Positions 9,201-18,013 of a stretch of 32,000 bases of DNA are shown in pieces. Source of the stretch: Candidatus Zhuqueibacterota bacterium (GTDB lineage Bacteria; Zhuqueibacterota; Zhuqueibacteria; Zhuqueibacterales; Geothermadaptataceae); NCBI GenBank assembly GCA_030950365.1, contig JAUZRQ010000027.1:85293-117292 (forward strand), in the 5' to 3' direction. The notes below the pieces were generated by a model. The model was given only the letters and a program-made list of their open reading frames with translations. It had not been told where the DNA came from and ran no database searches. Every line of letters begins with the position of its first letter. Position 1 is the first letter of the stretch. The position numbers were made by a program, and so were the translations under genes.

Positions 9201-9215
9201 TGGCACTATACTTGT
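9201..9215 (+). promoter_or_regulatory. Sigma54 (-24/-12) promoter candidate
   Basis: TGGCAC-tatac-TTGT matches TGGCAC-N5-TTGC at 14 of 15 defined positions with correct GG/G spacing. It lies about 30-45 nt upstream of the ORF at 9245/9260. Confidence 0.55.
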
Positions 9216-9244
9216 AAAAAGTTTATTCACTTTTTATGTGAAAA

Positions 9245-9697
9245 ATGCAAGGGCAAAACATGCGCCTGGCTGTGCAACAACGTGGATTGGCTACAAACAA
9301 GGTGGAGGGAGACCATTTGCCAAATTTAGAGGTCTTTCGCATCCTCATTATCGAGAATGATTCCGTTTTTCGTCGTTCGTTGTTCAAAGCCCTCACTGGA
9401 GAAGGATACACGGTATTCGCTGCCGCCGATTTGGTTGAGGCAACTGAATTTATTTCACAGGTGACGTTTTCTCTAATTTTATACGGTCTGCGTCGGCCCT
9501 ACCAGGGGGGACTCGATCAATTAAAGCACCTGCTGCAAATCGCCAAGAATACGCAGATCATCGTGGTGACGACGTTTAACGAGCCGGAACTGAAACGCCA
9601 GGTGCTGGATATGGGGGCCAGGGATCTCATTGTCAAGCCCGTGCGCAAAGCTGCACTGCTGAATTCCGTTGCCAATGTGCTGCAGGTGCATTCCTAA
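9245..9697 (+). CDS. Single-domain receiver-like protein lacking the phospho-acceptor Asp (pseudo-receiver)
   Basis: 150 aa with CheY-like layout. The conserved T ('VVTTF') and K ('LIVKPV') are present. The 'DLxMP' position reads 'YGLRRP', with Gly81 where the Asp should be. The start could also be 9260. Confidence 0.7.
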   Translation: MQGQNMRLAVQQRGLATNKVEGDHLPNLEVFRILIIENDSVFRRSLFKALTGEGYTVFAAADLVEATEFISQVTFSLILYGLRRPYQGGLDQLKHLLQIAKNTQIIVVTTFNEPELKRQVLDMGARDLIVKPVRKAALLNSVANVLQVHS

Positions 9698-9828
9698 GTT
9701 TTAGAAAAACTTCTTAGTTTTGGGAAAAATACCTACTTTCCTATCGCGTGTATCCCTGCAAATCTTGTTCCGCCTACCTGCAATATTAACAACAGCCTAC
9801 CGCTTAGCTTCAGCATATGGCCCACTTA

Positions 9829-9843
9829 TGGTATGCATTTTGC
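9829..9843 (+). promoter_or_regulatory. Sigma54 (-24/-12) promoter candidate
   Basis: TGGTAT-gcatt-TTGC has GG and GC at the canonical 10-nt spacing. It lies 88 nt upstream of the receiver gene at 9931. Confidence 0.45.
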
Positions 9844-9930
9844 CAAATGATAATGGAGATTTATATCATTTAGATCGAAAGTCCGCGTCACCGGGCAACT
9901 GATTGAGCACGTGCAACTGGGAAAATATCA

Positions 9931-10308
9931 ATGAAAAAAATATTGATCCTGGATGATGAACCGCACCTGCGCGAATTATACCGGAAAGAATTGCAGGCCC
10001 ATGGCTATTTAGTGGCTACCGCTTCCCATTTGCATGAAGCAGAAAAGACGATTCGTGCCCAGAAGGTGGATCTGGTCATCCTGGATTTGAAGTTGGACAA
10101 TGAATTCGGGTTTGACTTTTTTCACAGCGTTTTGAGTCGCAAAAAGGATATTAAGGTCATTATCCATACGGCTTACCCGATGTTTAAAAGCGATTTTCGT
10201 TCATGGGGTGCCGATGCGTTTTTGGTGAAAAGCTCGAATGTGACCGAGCTGTTGCAAACCGTTGGTAGGTTGTTGACGCAAGCGCAAGAACCAATCCCTG
10301 CCCCTTAG
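9931..10308 (+). CDS. Single-domain response regulator (CheY-like receiver)
   Basis: 125 aa. 'ILILDDE', 'LVILDLKL' (phospho-Asp), 'IIHTAY' and 'FLVKS' are all canonical. Confidence 0.88.
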   Translation: MKKILILDDEPHLRELYRKELQAHGYLVATASHLHEAEKTIRAQKVDLVILDLKLDNEFGFDFFHSVLSRKKDIKVIIHTAYPMFKSDFRSWGADAFLVKSSNVTELLQTVGRLLTQAQEPIPAP

Positions 10309-10545
10309 GAAGCATTCTGTGTTTCGCATAACCATCGGATAGCCGAGACGAAATGCAATTTTCCTAACATCAATCCTATCGATACAAAATGGTGGAAGTA
10401 GGCGGCGATGGTGATCGTGCAAGAGTTTTATAATAGATTTAGTGATCCCAGGGCCGCACCAAAACATTCGGAAAGGACGCGCTCAAAGATCGACCAATTG
10501 TCCTGAACTCTTATTAATACAATGCGCTCACGAGGAGGCTCTACG

Positions 10546-13500
10546 ATGGGCAAGAGGATTTACAAAACGATTGATGGTAATGAAGCCGTCGCGACCGTAG
10601 CCTTTAAAACCAATGAGGTTATCGCAATTTATCCGATTACCCCTTCGTCACCTATGGGTGAGCTATCGGATGCCTGGGCTGCGGCCAGGAAACCCAACAT
10701 CTGGGGAACCATTCCGACCGTCATCGAGATGCAGAGCGAAGGAGGCGCATCCGGGGCGGTTCATGGTTCCTTGCAAGGTGGCGCCCTCACCACGACGTTT
10801 ACGTCCTCTCAGGGTTTGCTGCTGATGATTCCGAATATGTATAAAATCGCCGGCGAGTTGACCTCGACCGTGTTCCACGTGGCGGCGCGCACGGTTGCCA
10901 CGCATGCGCTGTCGATTTTTTGCGATCACAGCGACGTGATGGCCACGCGGCAGACCGGGTTCGCGCTGCTGGCCTCGGCATCGGTGCAGGAGGCTATGGA
11001 CTTTGCGCTCATCGCACAGGCCGCCACTCTGGAAGCCCGCGTGCCGTTTTTGCACTTCTTCGATGGTTTCCGCACCTCGCACGAAGTCTCCAAAATCGAG
11101 GTGCTGACCGACGATCAGATGCGGGCGATGTTGAACGAAGAGCTGATCATGGAGCACCGCATGCGCGCGCTGTCGCCGGATCACCCGGTGTTGCGCGGTT
11201 CTGCTCAGAATCCGGACGTGTTTTTCCAGGCGCGTGAAACGATCAATCCGTACTATGCCGCTTGCCCGGACATTACCCAGAAGGCCATGGACAAATTTGC
11301 CGAGATCACCGGGCGGCGGTACCGGCTGTTTGAATATTTCGGCGCACCGGATGCCGAGCGGGTGGTGATTCTCATGGCTTCTGGCGCCGAGACTGCGCAC
11401 GAGACCGTGGAACACCTGCTGAATGCTGGCGAAAAAGTGGGCGTGCTGAAGGTACGGTTGTACCGGCCGTTCAGCACGAAACATTTCATGGAAGCCCTGC
11501 CGGCCACGGTGAAATCGATTGCCGTTCTGGATCGCACCAAAGAACCGGGCAGTGTGGGCGAGCCGTTGTATCTGGATGTGGTCAATGCGCTGCGCGAAGG
11601 CCTCGAGGCCGGTCTGGGAGAACTTAAAGACATGCCGACTGTGGTCGGTGGCCGCTACGGCCTGTCATCGAAGGAGTTCACGCCCGCCATGGTTAAGGCC
11701 GTTTTCGATAACCTGAATCAGGAAACACCGAAGAATCATTTCACGGTCGGTATCTTTGACGACGTGACCAAAACCAGTCTGGAGTTCGATCCGGAATTTT
11801 CCACCGAGGCGGACGATGTGTATCGGGCCCTGTTCTACGGCCTTGGATCCGACGGTACGGTGAGTGCGAATAAAAATTCGATCAAAATCATCGGCGAAAA
11901 TACTGACTTCTGGGCACAGGGCTATTTCGTGTACGATTCCAAAAAGGCCGGTGCTGTGACGGTGTCGCATCTGCGCTTCGGTCCGCGCCGGATCCGATCC
12001 ACATACCTCATTTCACGCGCCAATTTCGTGGCCTGCCACCAGCCATCGTTCCTGGAACGGTTCGATATGCTGGAACACATTGTTGAGGGAGGCACGTTTT
12101 TGCTCAACTCCCCCTATGATCCGGATGATGTCTGGGATCATCTGCCGCGTGAATTTCAGGAGCATATCATCAACAAGAAGCTGAAATTCTATGTCATCAA
12201 TGCCTTCAAAGTCGCACGAGAGAGTGGGATGGGCGGGCGCATCAACACCGTGATGCAGGTGTGTTTCTTTGCCATCTCCGGTATTTTGCCGCGGGAGGAG
12301 GCGATTGCACAAATCAAGCAAGCGATCAGGGATACCTATGGACGCAAGGGCGAAGAGATTGTGCAAATGAATTTGCAGGCCGTTGATCGCGCCCTCTCCC
12401 ACCTCCACGAAGTCAAGGTACCTTCGCAGATCACCAGCAAGATCCATATGCGGCCACCGGTGCCCGATCAGGCGCCCGAATTTGTCAAAGACGTGACGGC
12501 AATGATGATTGCGGGCAAGGGCGATGACCTGCCAGTGAGCAAAATGCCGGTGGACGGCACGTTCCCAACCGGTACGGCGCAGTGGGAAAAACGCAATCTG
12601 GCGCTGGAAATCCCGGTGTGGGATCCAGATATCTGCATCCAGTGTGGCAAGTGCGCCATGGTGTGTCCGCACGCCACCATCCGTATCAAGGTGTATGACG
12701 AAACGTATCTAGAAAATGCGCCAGCTACATTCAAGGCCGTGGATGTGCGCGACAAGGAATGGAAGGGCATGAAGTACACCATACAGGTGGCGCCCGAAGA
12801 CTGCACCGGCTGCGCGCTGTGCGTGGAGGTGTGTCCGGCGCGCAACAAGCAGGAGCCGCGCCTGAAAGCGCTGAACATGGAGCCGCAACCGCCACTGCGC
12901 GAACAGGAGGCGGAAAACTGGGACTTCTTCCTGTCGATTCCGGAGCTGGACCGCCGGCAGATCAAGAACGGCACCATCCGGCAGCAGCAGGTGCAACAGC
13001 CGCTGTTTGAGTTCTCAGGAGCCTGTTCTGGCTGCGGCGAAACACCGTACGTCAAGCTGATGAGTCAGCTTTTTGGCGATCGTGCCATCGTGGCCAACGC
13101 TACCGGCTGCTCGTCCATTTACGGCGGCAATTTGCCCACCACACCGTGGACGGTCAATCAGGACGGCCTGGGCCCGGCCTGGTCGAACTCGCTGTTTGAA
13201 GATAACGCCGAGTTTGGATTGGGCATCCGGCTGGCTGTGAACAAGCAAAAAGAGGTGGCCGAATATCTGCTGAAAAAACTATCCACGGACATCGGTCAGG
13301 AACTGGTGGAGCGCATTTTGACCAACGAGCAGCTCGATGAGCCATCGATTTTTGAGCAGCGGCAGTATGTGGCCAAGTTGAAGAAAAAGCTTGAAACCCT
13401 GAAATCGGACGATGCCAGGCGGCTCATGCAACTGGCCGACTATCTGGTGCGCAAGAGCGTGTGGATCATCGGCGGCGATGGCTGGGCCTACGATATCGGC

Positions 13501-14151
13501 TTCGGCGGACTGGATCATGTGCTGGCCAGCGGCCACGATGTTAATATTCTGGTGCTGGATACGGAAGTGTACTCCAACACCGGCGGGCAGACCTCCAAGG
13601 CCACGCCGCTGGGCGCCATCGCCAAATTTTCCGCCGGCGGCAAGCCGACGCCGAAAAAGGATCTTGGCCTGATCGCCATGAGCTACGGCAATGTGTATGT
13701 GGCGGCCGTGGCCATGGGCGCCAAAGATGAGCATACGCTCAAAGCCTTCCTCGAAGCCGAGGCGTATCGCGGCCCGTCGCTGATTCTGGCCTACTCGCAC
13801 TGCATTGCGCACGGCTACAACCTGCGCTATGGTTTGCAAAACCAGAAGCTGGCGGTAGATTCCGGGCAGTGGCTGCTGTATCGCTACCATCCGGAACGGG
13901 CCAGGACTGGCGAAAACCCACTGATTCTCGATTCCCGCGCGCCGAAGATTCCGATCGAAGAATATCTCATGAAAGAAACGCGCTTCAAGATGCTGACCAA
14001 GATCAATCCGGACGAAGCGAAGAAACTGTTCTCTATGGCACAGGAGAACGTGATCAAGCGGTATAATTATTACAAGTATCTCGCTTCGCTGAAACTGGAA
14101 GAGGGCAACGGCAAGCTGGAGCGCAAAAAGCTGATGACGCCTACAAAATAA
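10546..14151 (+). CDS. nifJ: Pyruvate:ferredoxin (flavodoxin) oxidoreductase, single-polypeptide PFOR
   Basis: About 1200 aa. Two ferredoxin-type 4Fe-4S motifs ('CIQCGKCAMVCP', 'CTGCALCVEVCP') and the TPP-binding region 'GGDGWAYDIGFGGLDH'. The ATG at 10546 is preceded by GAGGAGG, so the tracked ORF start at 10522 is less likely. Confidence 0.95.
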   Translation: MGKRIYKTIDGNEAVATVAFKTNEVIAIYPITPSSPMGELSDAWAAARKPNIWGTIPTVIEMQSEGGASGAVHGSLQGGALTTTFTSSQGLLLMIPNMYKIAGELTSTVFHVAARTVATHALSIFCDHSDVMATRQTGFALLASASVQEAMDFALIAQAATLEARVPFLHFFDGFRTSHEVSKIEVLTDDQMRAMLNEELIMEHRMRALSPDHPVLRGSAQNPDVFFQARETINPYYAACPDITQKAMDKFAEITGRRYRLFEYFGAPDAERVVILMASGAETAHETVEHLLNAGEKVGVLKVRLYRPFSTKHFMEALPATVKSIAVLDRTKEPGSVGEPLYLDVVNALREGLEAGLGELKDMPTVVGGRYGLSSKEFTPAMVKAVFDNLNQETPKNHFTVGIFDDVTKTSLEFDPEFSTEADDVYRALFYGLGSDGTVSANKNSIKIIGENTDFWAQGYFVYDSKKAGAVTVSHLRFGPRRIRSTYLISRANFVACHQPSFLERFDMLEHIVEGGTFLLNSPYDPDDVWDHLPREFQEHIINKKLKFYVINAFKVARESGMGGRINTVMQVCFFAISGILPREEAIAQIKQAIRDTYGRKGEEIVQMNLQAVDRALSHLHEVKVPSQITSKIHMRPPVPDQAPEFVKDVTAMMIAGKGDDLPVSKMPVDGTFPTGTAQWEKRNLALEIPVWDPDICIQCGKCAMVCPHATIRIKVYDETYLENAPATFKAVDVRDKEWKGMKYTIQVAPEDCTGCALCVEVCPARNKQEPRLKALNMEPQPPLREQEAENWDFFLSIPELDRRQIKNGTIRQQQVQQPLFEFSGACSGCGETPYVKLMSQLFGDRAIVANATGCSSIYGGNLPTTPWTVNQDGLGPAWSNSLFEDNAEFGLGIRLAVNKQKEVAEYLLKKLSTDIGQELVERILTNEQLDEPSIFEQRQYVAKLKKKLETLKSDDARRLMQLADYLVRKSVWIIGGDGWAYDIGFGGLDHVLASGHDVNILVLDTEVYSNTGGQTSKATPLGAIAKFSAGGKPTPKKDLGLIAMSYGNVYVAAVAMGAKDEHTLKAFLEAEAYRGPSLILAYSHCIAHGYNLRYGLQNQKLAVDSGQWLLYRYHPERARTGENPLILDSRAPKIPIEEYLMKETRFKMLTKINPDEAKKLFSMAQENVIKRYNYYKYLASLKLEEGNGKLERKKLMTPTK

Positions 14152-14204
14152 ACCTGCGCCTGATATTCGAGGATTGAAATGGAAAGCGATATGGAGGATC
14201 ATTT

Positions 14205-15209
14205 ATGGACCTGTCCACAACCTATCTGGGCTTAAAGCTGCGCACCCCGCTGGTGGTGTCGGCCTCACCGCTGTCGGAGGAAACGGAAAACATCAAGCGC
14301 ATGGAAGATGCCGGGGCTTCCGCCGTGGTGATGCACTCGCTCTTCGAGGAGCAGATTCGGCACGATAAGCTGGAGCTGGCGCATCATACAACATACACCA
14401 AAGACTCGTTCGCCGAGGCGCTGGATTTCTTCCCGGAACCGGAAGAGTTCAACGTGGGGCCTGAGGAATATCTCGAACACATTCGAAAGGCCAAGGAGAG
14501 CGTGAACATTCCGGTGATCGGCAGCCTCAACGGTGCCACGGTTGGCGGATGGGTGGAATACGCAAAACTCATCCAGGAAGCCGGCGCCGATGCGCTGGAG
14601 CTGAACATCTATTTCATCCCGACTAATCTGGATATGCTCGGCGCTGAAGTGGAACAAAAATACCTGGAAATTCTCAAAGCAGTCAAGACGGAAGTGAATA
14701 TTCCGGTGGCGGTGAAATTGAGTCCATTTTTCAGCAATCTAGCCAACATGGCCAAGCAACTGGTGCAGGCGGGCGCCAACGGGCTGGTTCTGTTTAACCG
14801 TTTTTACCAACCGGATCTGGATGTGGAAGAGCTCGAGATTAAGCCCAGCATCTTGTTGAGCACGCCGCAGGCGCTGCGTCTGCCCATGCGCTGGATCGCC
14901 ATCCTGTACGGCCGCATTCAGGCCGATCTGGCCGCATCCGGTGGCATCCACAAAGCCACGGATGTGATCAAAATGCTGATGGTGGGCGCGAAAGCCACCC
15001 TGCTGTGTTCCGTGTTGCTCCGCTACGGTATCGATTACATCCGGGTGATCGAGGAGGGGGTGGTTCAGTGGATGGCCGAACACGAATACGAATCCGTTGA
15101 GCAGATGCAGGGCAGTATGAGCCAGCTCAAATGCCCGGATCCGAGCGCATTCGAGCGAGCGCAGTACATGCGCGCTTTGCAAAGCTACAAACCCGCGCAT
15201 GAATTATAA
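14205..15209 (+). CDS. Dihydroorotate dehydrogenase-like TIM-barrel flavoprotein (catalytic Cys/Ser motif not conserved)
   Basis: 334 aa. Class-1 DHOD-like N-terminus 'LGLKLRTPLVVSASPL' and 'GADALELN', but the following 'SCPN' is replaced by 'IYFIPTN'. 'GGIHKATDVIKMLMVGA' resembles the FMN-phosphate loop. Confidence 0.75.
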   Translation: MDLSTTYLGLKLRTPLVVSASPLSEETENIKRMEDAGASAVVMHSLFEEQIRHDKLELAHHTTYTKDSFAEALDFFPEPEEFNVGPEEYLEHIRKAKESVNIPVIGSLNGATVGGWVEYAKLIQEAGADALELNIYFIPTNLDMLGAEVEQKYLEILKAVKTEVNIPVAVKLSPFFSNLANMAKQLVQAGANGLVLFNRFYQPDLDVEELEIKPSILLSTPQALRLPMRWIAILYGRIQADLAASGGIHKATDVIKMLMVGAKATLLCSVLLRYGIDYIRVIEEGVVQWMAEHEYESVEQMQGSMSQLKCPDPSAFERAQYMRALQSYKPAHEL

Positions 15210-15251
15210 GGCAATCTCCTAAATAGAGCCCTCCAACCTCCCGCAGTTTAA

Positions 15252-15283
15252 CCTGCCGGGCAAGACGCTCGGCAGGTTTTTTT
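15252..15283 (+). terminator. Rho-independent terminator after the PFOR/DHOD-like pair
   Basis: Stem cctgccg (15252-15258) pairs with cggcagg (15270-15276), followed by a T7 run. Confidence 0.75.
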
Positions 15284-15583
15284 GGTTTTTCCCAAGAATA
15301 AAAATCTTCCATTGAAATTCTCAATCTTGCGATTTAATGGAATTTATGAATTATTTCATAAAGCGCTTTTGCTTTGTATAAGCTTTTAAAAAATAATAAA
15401 TAGCCTGCAGCTAAATAAATCGAAAAATTGGAATAATTATTGCGTTAACTATAAGTGGAAATGATGAAACTGCCATTTTGCCAGTACTGTGATAACGGAT
15501 ATGCCGGTTTATTTCCATTGAGTTATATAAGTGACATGGCTTAATTAATCCAGGTGCTTGATAGAGAAAGCAGAAAGTGAGGA

Positions 15584-16255
15584 ATGGTCATGAGAGCAAA
15601 GAAAAATCCAAAATATGATTTGCGATATCAGTATCGCAAATCCTTGGAATTGGGAATGGTTGGCGCCTTACTTATTGTCACTTCCTCGTTTTACATTTTT
15701 CGAGGAGACTATGAATATAAATTGAAGGTTGACGTTCCTGAAATCAAGATAGAAGTGGAAGATATCCCACCAACCGAACAAATTCGCCGACCGGCGCCCC
15801 CGGCCAGACCGGCTGTGCCGATACCGACCGAGGAAGAAGACGTGCCGGAAGATGAAACTATTGAAGAAACCACCGAGCTGAACCTGGCCGAGTTGCCACC
15901 GCCTCCGCCGCCACCGGAAGACAATCTGAGCGATGAAAGCTATCAATTCGTGCCGTACGACGAGCCTCCGGTGATGATCGGAGGGATGGAAGCGCTGCTG
16001 CGCTTGCTGGAATATCCGGAGCTTGCGCGCAAAGCCGGTATTGAAGGCACCGTGGTCATTGGCGTACTGGTGGATGAAAGAGGCAACACGGTCAAAGCTC
16101 AAGTGCTGAAGAGCGATGCGACCAAACTGGGATTCGAAGAGGCGGCGATCAAGGCGCTGATGCAGATGAAATGGAAACCCGCTAAACAGCGCGATAAACC
16201 GGTCAAGGTGTGGATTTCGGTGCCAGTACGATTCAAGCTGAGTGATGTAAGCTGA
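15584..16255 (+). CDS. tonB: Energy transducer TonB
   Basis: 223 aa. N-terminal TM helix, Pro/Glu-rich spacer including 'PPPPPPP', and a TonB C-terminal domain ('GIEGTVVIGVLVDERGNTVKAQVLKS...KWKPAKQRDKPVKVWISVPVRFKL'). The start may be 15590. Confidence 0.85.
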   Translation: MVMRAKKNPKYDLRYQYRKSLELGMVGALLIVTSSFYIFRGDYEYKLKVDVPEIKIEVEDIPPTEQIRRPAPPARPAVPIPTEEEDVPEDETIEETTELNLAELPPPPPPPEDNLSDESYQFVPYDEPPVMIGGMEALLRLLEYPELARKAGIEGTVVIGVLVDERGNTVKAQVLKSDATKLGFEEAAIKALMQMKWKPAKQRDKPVKVWISVPVRFKLSDVS

Positions 16256-16415
16256 CGCAAGGCAATGGGGGGATCGGTTTGTTGATTCGGAGAAGGGAGA
16301 GACTGCCTGTTGCTGAGAGAGAAATAAAAAAGGATTGATTGTGATATCAAAATCATTAAATTTGCAGGCAGAGAATCTTGCTGAAATCATAGAGTCAAGC
16401 AAAGGAGGCCATTCG

Positions 16416-17324
16416 ATGTGGAAACCTCGTAAAATCCTGGTGCCCACGGATTTTTCCCGGGATGCGAATCGCGCTGTATATTACGCAGCGTATCTATCCG
16501 AACCGTATAAGAGCGAAGTGATTTTGCTGCATGTGGTTTCGTTATTCGAGCACGATCCCAATAATCCTCAACATCATTTTCCCAATATTGACGAAGTGTA
16601 TCGCTCGCTGGAAAATATCGCCTCGGAACAGATGGATCAAATTCATCAAAAGCATTCGCAAATTAATATCCGCAAAGAAACGGTCCGTGGCGTTTCACCT
16701 GCGGAAGAGATTATTAACTATGCTAATGAGAATCAAGTTGATCTTATTGTCATGGGCACGCATGGCCGGTCGGGCCTGAGTCATTTTCTGCTCGGTAGCG
16801 TGGCGGAGAAGGTCATTCGCCACATGCACTGCCCGGTAATGACCATCCGCTATGCGCATGGTGATTCCGGCAATATTCCGCGCTTGAAGCGCATCGTGGT
16901 GCCTATTGATTTCTCCGCTTATTCCAAACAGGCACTGAAGCATGGCATCGAGCTAGCCAATCGCTTTGGGGCCAGTATCGAGTTTGTGCATGTCATCGAA
17001 GAACAGGTGCATCCATCGTACTATATTACGGGCGATACGTCGATATTCAAGCTGATTCCGGATTTGCGAGAGCGCTCCATCGCGGCCATGAAAGAATTTG
17101 TGGAAAAGGACATCCCGGATGGTATCGAACACACGTTTCATGTTCGTGAAGGGAGGGCGCATACCGAAATCGTGAAATTTGCTGAGGAGCAGGATGCGGA
17201 TTTGATTGTCATCGCCACGCATGGGCTGAGCGGGCTGGACTATCTGCTGCTTGGCTCCACCACCGAAAAGGTGGTCCGACGGTCGAAAACCCCGGTGCTG
17301 TCCATTCGCGCCGAAATGATGTAG
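16416..17324 (+). CDS. Tandem universal stress protein (two UspA domains)
   Basis: 'KILVPTDFS...LIVMGTHGRSGLSHFLLGSVAEKVIRHMHCPVMTI' is repeated as 'RIVVPIDFS...LIVIATHGLSGLDYLLLGSTTEKVVRRSKTPVLSI'. The ATG at 16416 follows AAGGAGG, so the tracked start at 16335 is unlikely. Confidence 0.9.
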   Translation: MWKPRKILVPTDFSRDANRAVYYAAYLSEPYKSEVILLHVVSLFEHDPNNPQHHFPNIDEVYRSLENIASEQMDQIHQKHSQINIRKETVRGVSPAEEIINYANENQVDLIVMGTHGRSGLSHFLLGSVAEKVIRHMHCPVMTIRYAHGDSGNIPRLKRIVVPIDFSAYSKQALKHGIELANRFGASIEFVHVIEEQVHPSYYITGDTSIFKLIPDLRERSIAAMKEFVEKDIPDGIEHTFHVREGRAHTEIVKFAEEQDADLIVIATHGLSGLDYLLLGSTTEKVVRRSKTPVLSIRAEMM

Positions 17325-17370
17325 GCGTGTCCCGCCGTTCCCGGAATGGCGAGAAATCGGATCTTTTTCT

Positions 17371-17399
17371 TTGACATTGCGGCTATGTTTTTCTACATT
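17371..17399 (+). promoter_or_regulatory. Sigma70-type promoter candidate (TTGACA-N17-TACATT)
   Basis: Perfect -35 hexamer, 17-nt spacer and 4/6 -10 hexamer. It lies about 170 nt upstream of the small-ORF pair. Confidence 0.3.
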
Positions 17400-17567
17400 G
17401 CAACCAGAGGCTACGTTCTTTTGAAAAGCGGGAGATGGCCAAGTCGGGGAGGAGTTTTTTGCTGCGTGCGCCGACAACTTTGACAGGGGCAGGATGCCTG
17501 CGGTATCTGGCCCGCAAAGTTCCTCTACTATGTTGCTGAACGTTGTTCAAGCTGAAGGAGGCGCGCC

Positions 17568-17771
17568 ATGATTTCTCTGGCACAGCGGCTGCTGCATCTT
17601 TCCGCCCGGGATCGTTGGGTATTGTTTTCTGCTCTGATTGAGGAAAACGGTCAGCCCCCCAGGCTTCTGCCTGCGCCCGAACCCGAACTCGAAAAGCCCT
17701 TCGATCATCCGTTTTTCAAATCCATTCCCAAAACACGCGCTGAGTCGCAGACGACAGGATCAAATTCATGA
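17568..17771 (+). CDS. Hypothetical small protein (67 aa)
   Basis: A strong SD (GAAGGAGG) lies 7 nt upstream of the ATG. The stop overlaps the next ORF's start (ATGA). No recognisable motif. Confidence 0.45.
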   Translation: MISLAQRLLHLSARDRWVLFSALIEENGQPPRLLPAPEPELEKPFDHPFFKSIPKTRAESQTTGSNS

Positions 17772-17950
17772 GTGCAAAATTCTGGGGTTACGCTCTCATT
17801 GGCGTGGGACTCGCCTTTGGCATTGAATCCGTTTATAATTTGCTCCGGATCGGATTTCGCTGGCAGGAGGCTGTGATTGCCGTTGTGTCCGCGCTGCTGG
17901 TTATTCGTGGCTTTCAGCGCGTGCTGGCTGCCCGCGGAGAATCCCAGTAG
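17768..17950 (+). CDS. Hypothetical small membrane protein (60 aa, two predicted TM helices)
   Basis: ATGA overlap with the upstream ORF. Hydrophobic segments 'FWGYALIGVGLAFGI' and 'AVIAVVSALLVI'. Confidence 0.45.
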   Translation: MSAKFWGYALIGVGLAFGIESVYNLLRIGFRWQEAVIAVVSALLVIRGFQRVLAARGESQ

Positions 17951-18013
17951 ATGAATCCTTCGCGCGCCCGTCCTAACGCTTTAGCTGTATCCGTTCTGCC
18001 TAAACCGCCTCGA

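Noticed and set aside
15431-15443. Fur-box-like AT palindrome (gaataattattgc) in the AT-rich region upstream of tonB.
   Set aside because: The match to the 19-bp Fur consensus is only partial, and it sits in a generally AT-rich 300-nt stretch. It cannot be distinguished from background without a PWM or orthologue comparison.
17428-17454. tRNA-like string gcgggagatggccaagtcggggaggag, which resembles the acceptor and D-arm of class II tRNAs.
   Set aside because: There is no complementary 3' acceptor strand, no GTTCRANNC T-loop and no anticodon stem within the following 100 nt. No tRNA could be folded.
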